From contig CAWBHS010000102.1 in NCBI GenBank assembly GCA_963788655.1, forward strand, positions 41,835 through 105,834: 64,000 nt of DNA. Direction: 5' to 3'. Shown one piece after another: positions 49,691 through 62,899 of the stretch. The notes under the pieces are model-generated. The model saw only the letters and a list, made by a program, of their open reading frames with translations, did no database searches and was not told the origin of the DNA. Source of the stretch: an uncultured Verrucomicrobiae bacterium. Its GTDB lineage: Bacteria; Verrucomicrobiota; Verrucomicrobiia; Limisphaerales; JAFGQR01. A program made the translations under genes and the position numbers. How positions within the stretch are numbered: position 1 is the first letter of the stretch; every line of letters begins with the position of its first letter.

Positions 49691-51034
49691 TTATGCAGTA
49701 GGCAGTTTCCATGGAGCCCGATAGTCGTAAGCCAATTGTTTCCCGGTGACTTTTTCGCCGGCCACCGCTTGTTTGACCGGGTCCCACTTGATCTTCTTGC
49801 CCGTCGTCACGGCGACGTTGCCCAAGTGACAAACCGAGGCGGAACGATAGCCGACAGCGACGTCGCAAATCGGCAGCTTGCGGGTCTTAATGCAGTCCAG
49901 CCAATTGGCGTGGTGGGCACTGCCGTGTATGTGACGATACTTTTCGAAGTCCGGATACAGCCGGATATCGGTGGCTTTGAGTGGTTCCTCCTCGATCTCT
50001 TCCGGGTCGAACTTGAGCACGCCCCGGTTGACGTAGATGGTGCCCTTTTCACCTTCAAACCGGGTGCCGATTTTGTACATCCCATGGCCGCTGTCACATT
50101 CCATGATCGTGCCGTTGGCGTATTTGTAGGTCACATGGAATTTCGTCGGTGTTTCGTACAGCTTCTCCTGGTTGAACTCGCCGGTGCCTTCGATTTCCAC
50201 CGGGCCGCTGTCGTCCATCCCCAGTCCCCATTGCGCGATGTCAAGATGGTGCGCGCCCCAGTTGGTCATCTGGCCGCCGGAGTAATCCCAGAAGAATCGG
50301 AAAAGGTAGTGAACATGGTTCTTGTTGTACGGCCGCCACGGAGCCGGACCCAGCCAGAAGTTGTAATCCAATTCAGGCGGAGGCGCGCTATCCGGCACCA
50401 CTGGCGGCTTGGCGCGGTCCAGGTAGTTGACGCCCGGCAGGCCGACCAGAATACGCTTGATTTTGCCAATGCGGCCATTGCGAACATATTCGCAGCCTTT
50501 GAGGAACTTTGCATCCGACCGCTGCTGGCTGCCGGTTTGGAAGACGCGCTTGTTCTGGCGGGCAATGGCAACCAACGCTTTGCCTTCCTCGATGGTCAGG
50601 GTGAGCGGTTTCTCGCAATACACGTCTTTGCCGGCCATCATGGCATGGGCCGCCGGCAGCGTGTGCCAATGGTCGGGGGTGGCGATAAGCACGGCGTCGA
50701 TGCCTGGGTGTTCGAGCAGTTTCCGATAATCACCAAAGGCGGCCACCTTGGTGCCGTTGGCCTTTTCGACGCGCGCCTTGGTCGAAGCAAGATGCTTTTG
50801 GTCCACGTCGCACACGGCGACGCAATGCTTCATGATCGCATTAATGTTGCCGTTACCCTGCCCGCCCGTGCCGATCACTCCAATGCGGATCAGGTCACTG
50901 GGGTTTTCGCCAGTGGCGGCTTTGGTTTGGTTCAGGAACAGGCTGGGAAAGGCGAGCCCCATGCCAGCGCCCACGGCCGTGTTGCGGGTGGTGCGAAGAA
51001 ATTCGCGACGAGTCATCTGGTGCTTTTTTGACAT
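49691..51034 (-). CDS. Tat-exported Gfo/Idh/MocA oxidoreductase
   Basis: TRREFL; IGTGGQG; ATPDHWH; VYCEKP; NWGAHH.D. Confidence 0.9.
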   Translation of the reverse strand: MSKKHQMTRREFLRTTRNTAVGAGMGLAFPSLFLNQTKAATGENPSDLIRIGVIGTGGQGNGNINAIMKHCVAVCDVDQKHLASTKARVEKANGTKVAAFGDYRKLLEHPGIDAVLIATPDHWHTLPAAHAMMAGKDVYCEKPLTLTIEEGKALVAIARQNKRVFQTGSQQRSDAKFLKGCEYVRNGRIGKIKRILVGLPGVNYLDRAKPPVVPDSAPPPELDYNFWLGPAPWRPYNKNHVHYLFRFFWDYSGGQMTNWGAHHLDIAQWGLGMDDSGPVEIEGTGEFNQEKLYETPTKFHVTYKYANGTIMECDSGHGMYKIGTRFEGEKGTIYVNRGVLKFDPEEIEEEPLKATDIRLYPDFEKYRHIHGSAHHANWLDCIKTRKLPICDVAVGYRSASVCHLGNVAVTTGKKIKWDPVKQAVAGEKVTGKQLAYDYRAPWKLPTA

Positions 51035-51090
51035 AATCTTTTTATCAATACTATTTGCAAAGTTGTCAACGGTAAGACGCGGAAACCGGG

Positions 51091-52155
51091 CTAAACCTTC
51101 AAATCCTTTACGACGCGCTCAACGACCGCCAGCGCCCGAACGATGTCATCGGCCGACACCTCCAGGTTGGTGACCGCCCGAATGGCCGACGGTCCGGTGC
51201 TCAACACCCACACGCCCTCGGCCTTCAGGCGGGCCACCAATTCAGCGGCATTCCCATTGTTCACGTGGAAGATAACGATGTTTGTTTGCACCGTCGCCGG
51301 ATCCATCTCGATCCCGTTGAGCCGGCTGAGTCCTTCGGCCAGCACGCGCGCGTTGGCGTGGTCTTCGGCCAGGCGTTGCCGATGCTTCTCCAAAGCAAAC
51401 AAAGCGCCGGCAGCAATGATGCCCACCTGCCGCATGCCGCCGCCAAACTGTTTGCGAAAACGCCGCGCCCGTTCGATGAACTCGCGGCTGCCCGCCAGGG
51501 CCGAGCCAATGGGCGCGCCCAGTCCTTTCGAGAAACACACGTTCACGGAATCAAAGTGCATGGCGTAGTCGCGCTCCGGGATGCCGGTGGCTACGGAAGC
51601 ATTCCACAACCGGGCGCCATCCAAGTGCAAGCGCAGGCCACGCTCGCGGGCGGCGCGGGCTACTTCGGCAATTTGATCGAGAGGCCAGATACTGCCGCCA
51701 CCGCGATTGTGCGTGTTCTCCACGCAGACCAAACGAGTCGGCGCAAAGTGGATGTTCGCCGGTCGCAGCGCCGCTTCCAAATCGGTGGCCGCAAAAAGTC
51801 CGCGTTGACCGGTCAGACAACGGCACATCACCCCTGACAACGCCGCTGGGGCACCCGCTTCGTAAAAGTAGAGGTGCGCGTTGGCTTCGAGAATGATCTC
51901 GTCGCCCGGTTCGGTGTGGGCGCGAATGGCAAGTTGGTTACCCATCGTGCCGGACGGGACAAACACCGCCGCTTCCTTGCCGAGAATTTCGGCGGTGCGC
52001 CGCTCCAATTGCTGCACGGTCGGGTCATCGCCAAACACATCGTCGCCCACTTCCGCGTTGGCCATGGCTTGGCGCATGGCCGGCGTCGGTCGGGTAATGG
52101 TGTCACTGCGCAAGTCGATCATTCGATCTGCCGCCAGATTACTGTTGTTGGTCAT
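51091..52155 (-). CDS. ltaE: Low-specificity L-threonine aldolase
   Basis: IDLRSDT, VGDDVFGDDPT, ENTHN, HLDGAR, CFSKGLGAP, GGGMRQ. Confidence 0.93.
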   Translation of the reverse strand: MTNNSNLAADRMIDLRSDTITRPTPAMRQAMANAEVGDDVFGDDPTVQQLERRTAEILGKEAAVFVPSGTMGNQLAIRAHTEPGDEIILEANAHLYFYEAGAPAALSGVMCRCLTGQRGLFAATDLEAALRPANIHFAPTRLVCVENTHNRGGGSIWPLDQIAEVARAARERGLRLHLDGARLWNASVATGIPERDYAMHFDSVNVCFSKGLGAPIGSALAGSREFIERARRFRKQFGGGMRQVGIIAAGALFALEKHRQRLAEDHANARVLAEGLSRLNGIEMDPATVQTNIVIFHVNNGNAAELVARLKAEGVWVLSTGPSAIRAVTNLEVSADDIVRALAVVERVVKDLKV

Positions 52156-52321
52156 TGTGAAGACTGAGTGAAGCGGAAATGGAGAACGGAGGCCATGATT
52201 TCTTGCGGTGAATCAGGCTTGGCGTTGCAACCAGTCTATCACCGATGACGCGGATTGGATCATTCTGGACGGCCAGGACAACTGTTCCACGAGGGCGCGA
52301 ACAATCCGTGGCCTTCGAACA

Positions 52322-52469
52322 TCGCGCCAGCGTTTGGAGTGCGTCCGGCTTGCCGGCGCTTTCGCAAAGAGAAGAACCTTCTATTTTTCAAAGGTGGGGC
52401 AATGGTCTTGGCCATCCGACGTTAAACGAAAGCGGGAGCAAGCTCCGCGCACTCCAAACGCTGGCGCGA
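52322..52469. repeat. REPIN family B, copy 3
   Basis: TCGCGCCAGCGTTTGGAGTGCG ... CGCACTCCAAACGCTGGCGCGA. Confidence 0.85.
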
Positions 52470-52572
52470 CGCACGGCCCTCCAATCAGCAGTTTGCAAGC
52501 CCCTTTCTTCATGCAATCTATTGGATTGAACGTTGCGACAAAACCGGCTGGAGAAAGCCAGCGGAACGACGC

Positions 52573-52892
52573 CCCGAGGGCACCCGGTCCCGCGACGGCA
52601 AGCTCTACCGCGGTCGAACGGGCGTGGCCCACCTGGCCCTGACCGCCGGCGTCCCGGTGGTCCCGGTCGGGCTGATCGGCACCCAGCACCTCCAGCCCGT
52701 CGGGTCCCGGCTGCCACGCCTGGTGCGGGTCACCGTGTCGTTCGGGCGGCCGCTGGACTTCAGCGGCCGCTACCACGGCGCGCCAATGGGACGGGCCCGC
52801 CGGGAGGTGACCGACGAGATCATGACGGCCATCCAGCAGCTGACCGGCCAGCAGCTGGCCGGCGTCTACAACGACCGGCCCTCGAGATCTGA
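52573..52892 (+). CDS. Lysophospholipid acyltransferase (PlsC family), C-terminal fragment only
   Basis: Begins abruptly at PEGTRSRDGKLYRGRTGVAHLAL...PVVPVG; no N-terminal half. Confidence 0.8.
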
Positions 52893-52901
52893 CCGGCGGC
52901 C

Positions 52902-54500
52902 TCAGCCCTGGGCCGACACCTGGCCGATCATGTTGATGAACAGGCCGAGCATCGCGACGGGGCCGTTGACCCGTGCCGACTTGCCGCCCATGGCGTCGGA
53001 GACGCGCCGGAGCCCGCGGACGTCGGCCCGCGCTCCGAAACCCACACCCATCACGCGGATGGGCTTGCTTGGGTCGGACTCCGCCTCGAGCCGGGTGATC
53101 AGGCTCGGCAGCGACATGCCGGAGGTGGTGTCGCGGTCCTTGTTGGTGAACACGACCAGCGACTGCGCCGCCGCCGGGTCGAAGTCCTCCTGCAGGGCCC
53201 GATAGCCGGCCAGGACGGACTTGTAAGGGTATCCGTGAGCCCCGATGCGGCCTGATGGGCGCGACGGCCGCGGTGATCTTGGACCGGCCCCTGGCCAGCG
53301 AGGTGATCGGCACCAGCTGCCGGTGACCCGCGGCGCCTCCGACACCGGTGCCATAGAGCCACACCCCGACCGAGGTGTGGTCATAGAGCGTCGACATCGC
53401 GATCAGGGCGGTTGTGCGGACCTGGTCGAAGAGCGGCCTGCCGTTCCTCTGCTTCGCTCGCATGGCGTCGCTGACGTCCAGGAGCACGAGGAGGCGTCCC
53501 GGCGTGGACCCCGAGGCGCTGAGCCCGAACAGCTTGATCGTGTTGACGGGTCCGGGCAGGTCGATGCGCTGCCGTGCCGACCCGAGCAGCGTGGTGTCGA
53601 ACTCGGCCGTCCCATCGGGGTCGCGGAGGTGGGCGGCGGCGCGCAGGCTGGCGACCTGTGCCGACGCGAGCCGCCTGATAGGTCGCCGACCACGGGCCGC
53701 ACGGCGGAGTCGCGCGAAGTGTTGTAGGCGGGGAAGTCCAGATAGGGCTCTCCCTGCTTGCCGCGCAGGACGCGGACCTGGTTGGAGGGCTCGGCGACGT
53801 ACTCACCGGTGAAGACCACCATCCGCTGGGGCGGGCTGTTCACCACGTTGTCGCCGATGATCGCCGGATCCGAGAGTGACTTCGCCGTCAGGGCGAGTGC
53901 CTCGAACCGCACCGGGCTGACCAGGCGCTGGGCCTGCAGGAGCGGCCACGCCGCCAGCAGACCGGTGGCCGTGGTGGACGGGTCGTGGAAGCCGATCCGG
54001 ACGGCTCGGTCGGGAGAGAGCAGGGTCGGCCAGCTCAGGGAGTCGCCGTGGCCCAGCAGCAGCGCCGTGGTCTGCGTGGCCAGACCCACGATCGGGCTGG
54101 AGGCGATGCTCGTCGCCGCGCCGGGGTCGGTCGGGCGGGCAGCCGACCACAGGCTGCTGTCGGTGACCCACAGGTCGGCGTCCAGGCCGGCCTTGACGCC
54201 GTCGCGACCGGCGGCCTCGACGAGATCGAGGTCGACGCAGGCCCTGGCGGCTGCCTCCTCCACCAGAGGCCGGACGACGGGGACGACGACCGCCTTGACG
54301 TGGGTCCTCTCCGGACATGGATCGGCGGCCGCGCTGGAGGTGGGGGAGGCGGCGAGGGATGGATCGTCGTGGGGCGAGGCGGAGTCGGTGCCGAACCGAT
54401 CGGCGGCCACGACGACGCCGATTCCGCCCACGAGGACGCCGATCAACAGCCCCAGCAGCCAGTTGGTGCCGCGGTTGCCCGCATCTGGGTGGCTCGCCAT
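52902..54500 (-). CDS. Actinobacterial membrane-anchored substrate-binding/VWA-domain protein (frameshifted)
   Basis: N-terminal TM; DLWV.DSSLW, SIASSP; LLDVS, VGVWLY, LVVFT, RVMGVGFG. Confidence 0.7.
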
Positions 54501-54702
54501 GAATGTGCCTTCCCGCACAAGCCGGCCGACCGAGATGCCGACGTACCCTTCGCGTCACCCCCACGATGACGCGACGCAAACGCGCGTGGGCGTGAGCCCG
54601 GCGAAATGTTAGGTCACCCCGAGGAGACTCGCCCAATGAAGCCGAGGGGCGGAACCGAGTGGTCTATCCCGGTACCACGACGGAGCCAGTCCCGCGGAGC
54701 GA

Positions 54703-56196
54703 TCACGGCGCCAGGATCCCGCGATCGACGAACGCCGCCTGCACCTGGCCGGCCACCGAGTCGCCGTACAGGGCGCGCGCGGTGTCGACCGTCGTCTGCG
54801 CTGCGACCCGGAAGCTGATGCCGGGAGTGAACGAGAACTGGGCCTCGATGATCAGCGTGGTGGCCTGCTTGCGGCCGACCGTCTGGTTGATGTCCCACAG
54901 GGCCCGAGACCAGATCTCGCCGTCGTCGTGGACCTCGCCGTCCATGTCGTCGGGAACACCTTGCCCCCGTCGACCCGCCTCAGGCAGTGGGGTGTGTCCG
55001 AGGTGTAGGACGTCGCGTCCCAGTCCATCACGCAGGCCCAGGGGGTGGTCGCGGTGTCGGGACTGAGGCGCTGGCTCATCGTGACCGCGAGGTAGTCGCC
55101 GAAGCCCTCACCGATGGCCCCCGCCTGCTCGTGGGAGCCGAAGCCGGGCACCTGGGCGTCCTGCACGGCGTGGCCGTACTCGTGCCAGATGACCTCCGCG
55201 TCCTCGGCGTCGTCGACGCCGCCCTCGCCGAACAGGATCCGGTCGCTGCCGGGCTCATAGAAGGAGTTGTCGACAGGGAACGCGTCGGTCTTCACCCGCT
55301 GGCGCTCGGCGTTGGCATCGGTGAACCCGAGGGACTGGAGGTAGCCCTGGACCTTCTCGACGGCGTAGTAGGCGTTGACCATCTCGAAGCGGTTGTTGGC
55401 CCGCGCGTATCGGAAGTCCCCGTCGGTACGGACCGGCCTGTCCTGGTTGATGATCTCCACCCACTTGCCGATCAGGGTGTCCTGGTGGAGGTGCCGGATC
55501 GTCACGGCGCGGTAGGCCGACGAGGGGACCGCGGTCCGGGAGTCCTTGTGGTCGCGAAGCGCCTCGTCCTGGAGCCGGACGACCGGGTTGGGGTCGAAGA
55601 CCCGGGCCTGTCCCTTGCGGCGCGGCTTGACGGCGTGCTGGGAGATCTTGTCGCTGGCCAGCACCCGCGCGGAGATGACGTCGACGTAGTGCCGGGCGGA
55701 GCCGTGCCCGTTGACGGTGAGGATGGAGTAGGCATAGCGCGCGGCGCGGTCGCCGTCCGCGGGGAGCACCCAGATCCCCTGCGAGCTCGCCTCGAGGTAG
55801 CTCGGCGCGCCCGGGCGTTCGACCACCGCCGTGACCGCCGTCCGGGGGGACACGGTCGGGCGCGGGTCGAGACGCGCGGGCATCGTGAGGAGATCGGCCG
55901 CGACCCGGCCGTCCTCGGCTGTCGTCGTGCCGTCGAGGGCGCGGTGGACGACGTACCAGCCGCCGACCACCGGATAGCCGTTGAGGGTCTGTTGGTACCA
56001 GGTGTGGGTGCCGAGCAGGGAGTGCGTCGTGCGCAGCACCCGCAGATCCCCCGGGACGGTGGCCGCGGTGATGACGCGTGAGGCCCCCGGTCGTGCGGTT
56101 GTGGGGGCGGCGTGGGCCGGTGTCCCGGTGAGACCGGCGGCGACGACGGCCGCGGATGGCGCCGTTCGCGGCGGCCAGAGACGTGGTGGAGCGCAT
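54703..56196 (-). CDS. Secreted M36/M4-like Zn metallopeptidase (frameshifted)
   Basis: FTP-like propeptide; VDDAEDAEVIWHEYGH; EGFGDY; EVHDDGEIWS. Confidence 0.85.
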
Positions 56197-56357
56197 GTGT
56201 GACACCGATACCTCCGGGGGGACGAGACGTGGCCGCCGGGCGGCAGACACTCAGGCAGCCTAGAGGAGCGACCCAGGCCCCGATACGGACCGGGAGCGCC
56301 GTCGTGGTGAGCCCCGACAAGAACAGGTGTGTCGCAGGCTCGTGGTTGGGTTGACCC

Positions 56358-59300
56358 ATGAGCGCCGGCGGCCCCACCTATCACCTGGTGCGCGGCCACG
56401 CGACGGCCGGAGCCGCGCCTGCTGGATGACGGACAACGCCGGGTGGTCGACCACGACGCAGGCCCGCTGCTCGTCCTGGCCGGCCCGGGCACCGGCAAGA
56501 CGACCACGCTCGTCGAGGCCATCGCGCGCCGGATCGAGAGCGGCGCCCGCCCCGAAGAAGTGCTGGCCCTCACGTTCTCCCGCAAGGCTGCCGAGCAGCT
56601 TCGGGCGCGGGTCACCGCGCGCGTCGGGCGCACGACGGCCATGTGCGCTGGGGTCGACGTTCCACTCCTTCGCCTATGGCCTGGTCCGCCAGCACTCTCC
56701 AGCCGATCCTACGACGGCGCCGCTGCGTTGCTGTCGGCTCCCGAGCAGGACGTCGTCCTCCAGCAGATGCTGACCACGGCCCCCGAGTCGGTGGCGTGGC
56801 CCGAGTCGGTGCGCGGCGCGCTCGGCACCCGGGCTTCGCCACCGAGGTGGCGCCGTCCTGGCCCGGGCCCGCGAGAAGGGGATGGGCTCGAGGCACTGGC
56901 GCCGACTCGGCGAGGCCGAGGGCCTGCCCGAGCTCGTCGCCTCGGCGGCATTCATGGAGCAGTACGACACCGTCACCGCAGGCCGGAACTACCTGGACTA
57001 CCCCGGGCTGATCGCCACCGCCGTGCGGATGCTGCAGGACCCCGAGCTGCCCGTCCGGGACCTGTTGAGACAGCAGTACCGCCACGTCTTCGTGGACGAG
57101 TACCAAGACACCGACCCGGCCCAGGTCGCGCTGCTTCGGGCCATCGCCGGTGACGGCCGCGACCTGGTCGTGGTCGGTGACCCGCACCAGTCCATCTATG
57201 CCTTCCGCGGTGCCGAGGTGCGCGGCATCCTCGAGTTTCCCGACCGTTTCCGCCAGGCCGACGGCCGCCCGGCCGAGACGGTGGTGCTCGGCACCACCCG
57301 CCGGTTCGGCTCGCGGATCGCAAGAGCGGCGAGCGCGGTTGCTGCCCGGTTGCCACTGCCGGGCGCCGTGCCGGCCGAGGTGCTCGAGGTGTTCCTCCAC
57401 CCGGAGTCCGACCATCCCTCACCCGGCCGGGTCGACCTGGTCACCTTCGACACCGAGCGAGCTGAGGCCGAGCACCTCGCCGACCTGCTCCGGCGAGCCC
57501 ACCTCGAGGAGGGGGTGGCCTGGTCCGACATGGCGGTGCTCGTCCGGTCGGGCCGCACCACGATCCCGCCCCTGCGTCGCGCGCTCGCCGCCGCCGGAGT
57601 CCCCGTCGACGTCGCTTCCGACGACACCCCGCTCGTGCGGGAGCCGGCGGTGGCGCCGCTCCTCGACGCGCTGTCCGCCGTCGTCGCCCATCACGTCGAC
57701 GATCCCCACGATCCGTCCTTCGTCGACGCCCAGCGCGCCCAGGGGCTGTTCGCCTCACCGCTCGCCGGGCTCGATGCCACCGACGTCCGGGCGGTGGCTC
57801 GGCGGCTTCGCGCGCGTGAGCTCGCCGCCGCCCGCGAGGAGCGCCGCAATCCGCTCGGGTCGGCCGAGCTGCTCCGGTCCGCGTTGTTCGACCCCACGAT
57901 GTTCGCCGGCATCCGCGACCCGCTCCCGGGTGAGCTGCGCGCGGCCGCCTTGGTGGACCTGCTTGCGCGCACGCGGGCCCGGTTCGACGACGGAGCCAGC
58001 GTCGAAGAGCTGCTGTGGACCCTGTGGGACGGCACCTCGTGGCCCGAGCGGCTCCGCTCGGCCGTCGGACGTGGCGGACTGGCGGCACGGCTCGCGCATC
58101 GTGACCTCGACGCCGTGGTGGCGCTCTTCGACGCCGCGGGCCGTGCCGAGCAAGCGCGCGGACACACCGGCCCCGCGTCGTTCCTCGACACCCTCCGCGC
58201 CCAGCAGATCCCCGGCGACACCCTCGCCGAGCGGGGCATTCGCGACGAGGCCGTGCGGCTGCTGACCGCCCACCGGGCCAAGGGGCTGGAGTGGCCGCCT
58301 GGTCGTCGTCGCTCATGTGCAAGAGGACAGCTGGCCCGACCTGCGCCGACGCGCCACTCTGCTCCGGGCCGACCTGATCGGCACCCACGGACTGGTGCCG
58401 CCCACGTCGACCCGCGAGCTGTTGGCCGACGAGCGGCGGCTCTTCTACGTCGCCTGCACGCGCGCCCGCGAGCGGCTGATCGTCACGGCGGTGGCCTCCA
58501 GCGATGACGAGGGGGAGCAGCGGTCCCGCTTCCTCGAGGAGCTCTTCCCTGACGTCGAGGACCATCGCATCGTCCACGTCGCGGGTCGCCCGCGGCGCCC
58601 CCTCTCGCTCGCCGGGCTCGTCGCGGAGCTGCGGCGCACCGTCGCCCATCCCGGCCAGCCCGAGGCCCTGCGCGAGGCCGCCGCATTGCGCCTCGCCCGC
58701 CTCGCGGCCGATCACCGGGCCGGCGAGCTGCGTGTCCCGGCGGCAGACCCGGCGACCTGGTGGGGCACCCGGGCCTGGACCCGCTGCGACGAAGGGCTGC
58801 TTGACGAGACGGCTGCCGTGCCGATCTCGGCGAGCACCCTGACCGGCCTGGTGACCTGTCCCGCCCAGTGGTTCCTCCAACACGAGGCCGGCGGCGAGCG
58901 GCTGACCACCCAGGCCCAGGGCTTCGGCAACGTCGTGCACGCCCTGGCCGATCGGATCGGGCGCGGGGAGCTGGAAGGCACCGCCGACCTCGTCGATCGG
59001 CTGATGACCCACGTCGACGAGGTGTGGGGCCGGGTGCCGTTCCGCACGCCGTGGTCGGGTGAGCGGGAGCGCGCAGAGGTCGAGGCGGCCCTGCACCGCT
59101 TCCTGGTCCACACGGGGCGCGCCGGTGCCCGTCGGCTCGTGGCCACCGAGCAGCAGTTCCGCACCGATGTGAGCCTGCCGGACGGGCAGCGCGTCGTGCT
59201 CCACGGCTACGCCGACCGGCTCGAGATCGACCACGAGGGGCGGGTGGTGGTGGTCGACCTCAAGACCGGCAAGACCGCGGCCGACGGGCGTGGACCTCGC

Positions 59301-59635
59301 CGTACACCCCCAGCTGGGGCTCTACCAGCTCGCCGCCGAGCACGGCGCCTTCGACGAGCTGCTCGCCGGCCGGCCCGACGCCAGGCGCCCGACCGAGGCC
59401 GGTGGGGCGGAGCTGTGGCAGCTGCGCCAGGAGCTGCCGCACCGGCATGAAGGTCCAGGCGCAGCCGCCCCAGCAGTCCGACGCCGACGGCCTCAGGCCG
59501 GTCGAGCGGCAGCTGATGGACGCGGTGACGCGGCTGCGCGAGGAAGAGTTCCCGGCCCGGCCCCGGCGCGCAATGCGAGCACTGCGACTTCATCCGTTCT
59601 GCCCGGCCCACAGCGCTGGGACGGTGCTCTCATGA
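56358..59635 (+). CDS. adnA: AdnA helicase-nuclease subunit (frameshifted)
   Basis: [66 protein letters not shown]...VVDLKTG, Cys motifs. Confidence 0.85.
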
Positions 59636-62600
59636 CCGCCGACCACAAGCCCCGTCCGCGGGCCCCAGCCGGCGCGAGCTCCGCTCGCCGGGCGATCTGA
59701 GAGACGTCATGCAGACCGACTACACCGTCAGCGCGCAGCAGTGGGCGGCGATCTCGGCGCCGCTGGAGCCGGCGGTCGTGATCGCCGGAGCCGGCTCCGG
59801 CAAGACGACCCTGATGGCCGCCCGGGTGGTCTACCTGGTGGTCACCGGCCAGGTCCGCCCCGACGAGGTGCTCGGCCTGACCTTCACGACGAAGGCCGCC
59901 AGCGAGCTCCGCACCCGGTAGAGAGGCACTCGAGGCGCCGGGTTCGCGCGCGGCGCGGTCGAACACGTGGGCCGACGAGGAGGTCCTCGAGCCTGTTGTG
60001 GCGACCTACAACGCCTATGCCGCCGGCTGCTCACCGAACACGGCCTGCGGATCGGGCACGAGCCGGACACCCGGGTGATCACCGACGCTGCGCGGTACCA
60101 GCTCGCGGCGCGCGTCGTCGACCGCACCACCGGCGAGGTCGAGCAGCTCACCGACACCCCCGCCGTCATCCAGAACCTGCTCGCCCTCGACGGCGCGATG
60201 AGCGAGCACCTCGTTGGCCCGCTGACGTCCGCGGCGTCGACCCAGCGAGCGGCCCCCGTGTTCGCCGGCCGAGCTCAGCCGGCAAGAACCGCCGGCGACG
60301 GACGTCGAGCGCCGTTCGCGCCGTCGCGCCGAGGCAGCTGCACGCCTGGTGGCGGCCTACCGCGGACTCAAGCGGACCTGGGGCTGATGGACTTCTCCGA
60401 CCAGATCGAGCTCGGCGCCCGGCTGGCCGACGCGCAGCCGACGTGGGGGAGCTCGAGCGCGCCAAGTTCAGGGTGGTGCTGCTCGACGAGTACCAGGACA
60501 CCTCGGTCGCCCAGGCGATGATGCTGCGCCGGCTGTTCTCCGGGCCCGACGCCGCCGGGCGCGGCCATGCGGTGACCGCGGTCGGCGACCCCAATCAGGC
60601 GATCTACGGCTGGCGGGGCGCCTCGGTGTCCAACATCCTCGCTTCGGCGGCACTTCCCGGCTGCCGACGCGGCGCGGTCCCGCCTTCCCGCTGACGGTCA
60701 ACCGGCGCTCGGACCGGCGGATCCTGCAGGCCGCCAACGCCTGGCCGCGCCCGCTGTACGACGCCTACCCCGCAGGTGCCGCGCGCTCGAGCCGAGCGCG
60801 GAGGCGCGGACGGCGCGGTCCAGCGTCGGTGCTCGAGACCCACGCCGAAGAGCTGGCCTGGCTGGTGGCGGTCCGTGCACACGCGCCGCGGCGCCGGACC
60901 GACGCCGTGGCCCGACATCGGGGTGCTGACCCGGGACAACGCGCACGCCGCGGAGGTGTTCGACGCGCTGACCAGTGCCGAGATCCCGGTCGAGATCGTC
61001 GGGCTCTCGGGCCTGCTGCGACTGCCCGAGGTCGCCGAGGTGGTCGCCACCCTGAAACTGCTGCACGACGTCACCGCCAACGCCGCGCTGCTCACCCTGC
61101 TGACCGGTCCGCGCTGGGCGATCGGGCCGCGCGACCTCGCGCTGCTGGGCGGCGGGCCCGCGAGCTGGCCGGGTCGCGGCCGGGGCCGCCGGGTGCGATC
61201 ACCGCCGAGCAACTCTCAGATCGCCGTCGCGGGGGCCGACCCGGCCGAGCTCGCCGGCGCTGGCCGACGCCCTCGACGACCCCGGGGACGCGGCGCTACT
61301 CCCCCGAGGCGCGGGAGCGGTTCGGCCTGCTGGCCGGCGAGCTGCGGATGCTGCGTTCCCACGCCGGCGAGCCGCTGCTCGACTGGTCCGGCGGATCATC
61401 GACACCACGCGGCGTCGACGTCGAGCTCGCCTCCGCGGTCTCAGCGCGGCGCGCGGCGCGCCGCGACAACCTCGACCTGTTCGTCAAGGCGGTCGCCGAG
61501 TTCCAGGCGGTCGACGGCGACGTCACCCTGCCGGCCCTGCTCGCCTATCTCACCGCCGAGGACGACCAGGGCAACGGCCTCGACGTGGCGACGCCGAGCG
61601 AGGCCGACTCGGTCAAGCTGCTCACCGTGCACCGAGCCAAGGGCCTGGAGTGGGACTCGGTCTTCCTCGTCGGTGTCTGCGAGACCAGGTTCCCCGCGCA
61701 ACCGCATCGCGCGCGCTGTGGACCTCCGCGCCCGCGGTGCTGCCGGCGCCGCTGCGCGGCGACGCCGCGCGACCTGCCGCTGCTGGCGGGCTCGACAAGC
61801 GCGGCGCTCGGACGCCTATCGGGCGGCCACCAGGGCCCACGAGGTGACCGAGGAGCTGCGGCTCGGGCTACGTCGCGTTCACCCGCGCCGCGCACCGGCT
61901 GGTCGGTGACCTCCTACTGCTGGACGCACGCGCAAGACGCCGTTCGGCCCGTCGCCCTACCAAGAGGTCGTCCGCGAGCTGCTGGCCGACTGGGGCGAGG
62001 CGCCGACCGGCCGTGGCGGGACAAGCCGGCAAGGGCGGCTGCCCAACCCTTACGACGACGGCGGCCCCGCGCGGCCCTGGCCGATGACCGGCGGAGCCGC
62101 CGAGGCCGCTGCGTCGGCTCGAGGCCGCCGAGCTGGTCGCGCTCGGTGGACGCCGGCGCGCCGACGACCCCGACCTCGACATGGTCCGAGGCCGCCCGGG
62201 TCGCAGCGAGTGGGACGACGAGCTCGAGCGGCTGCTCGCCGAGGCCCGCGCGGACCGGGGCCGGACGTGATCGCCGTACCGCTGCCGTCGAGTCTGTCGG
62301 CGACCGCGTTGGCGCCGGCTGCGCGACGACCCCGACGCGCTTCGCCGCCGAGCTGGCCCGCCCGATGCCCCGGCCGCCCTCGCCCGGCGGCCCGGTTCGG
62401 CACCCGCTTCCACGCCTGGGTGGAGGCCCGCTTCGGCCAGCAGGGGCTGCTCGACCCCGACGACCTGCCCGGGCGCGCCGACGTCGGCATCGACGACGAG
62501 GCCGACCTGGCGCGAGTCATCGCGCGTTCGAGACGGGCCCGTTCGCCGACCGGGTGCCGCATCGCGGTGGAGCCGCCGTTCGCGCTCGTGCTGGCCGGCC

Positions 62601-62860
62601 AGGTGATCCGAGGGCGGATCGATGCGGTGTACGCCGACGGACCGACGGCGACGGCTTCCTGGTCGTGGACTGGAAGACCAACCGCGCAGCCACCGCCGAC
62701 CCGCTCCAGCTGGCGATCTACCGGCTGGCCTGGGCCGAGCTCGCGGGGGTCCCGCTCGGAGCAGGTGCGCGCCGCGTTCTACTACGTGCGCAGCGGCGAG
62801 ACGTCGAGCCGGACCGACCTGCCCGACCGCGATTTGGGCTCGGAGCGGCTGGCTCCCGAC
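59632..62860 (+). CDS. adnB: AdnB helicase-nuclease subunit (heavily frameshifted; end approximate)
   Basis: [63 protein letters not shown]. Confidence 0.85.
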
Positions 62861-62899
62861 GTCGCAGGAGCCCGAACACGCCGGGCTCGCAGAACGGCA

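Noticed and set aside
51257..51272. parS-like TTGTTCACGTGGAAGA
   Set aside because: Three mismatches to consensus, single copy, inside ltaE.
56358..62860. Novel tandem helicase-nuclease defence system
   Set aside because: Matches the known actinobacterial AdnAB repair complex and lies in the probable chimeric segment.
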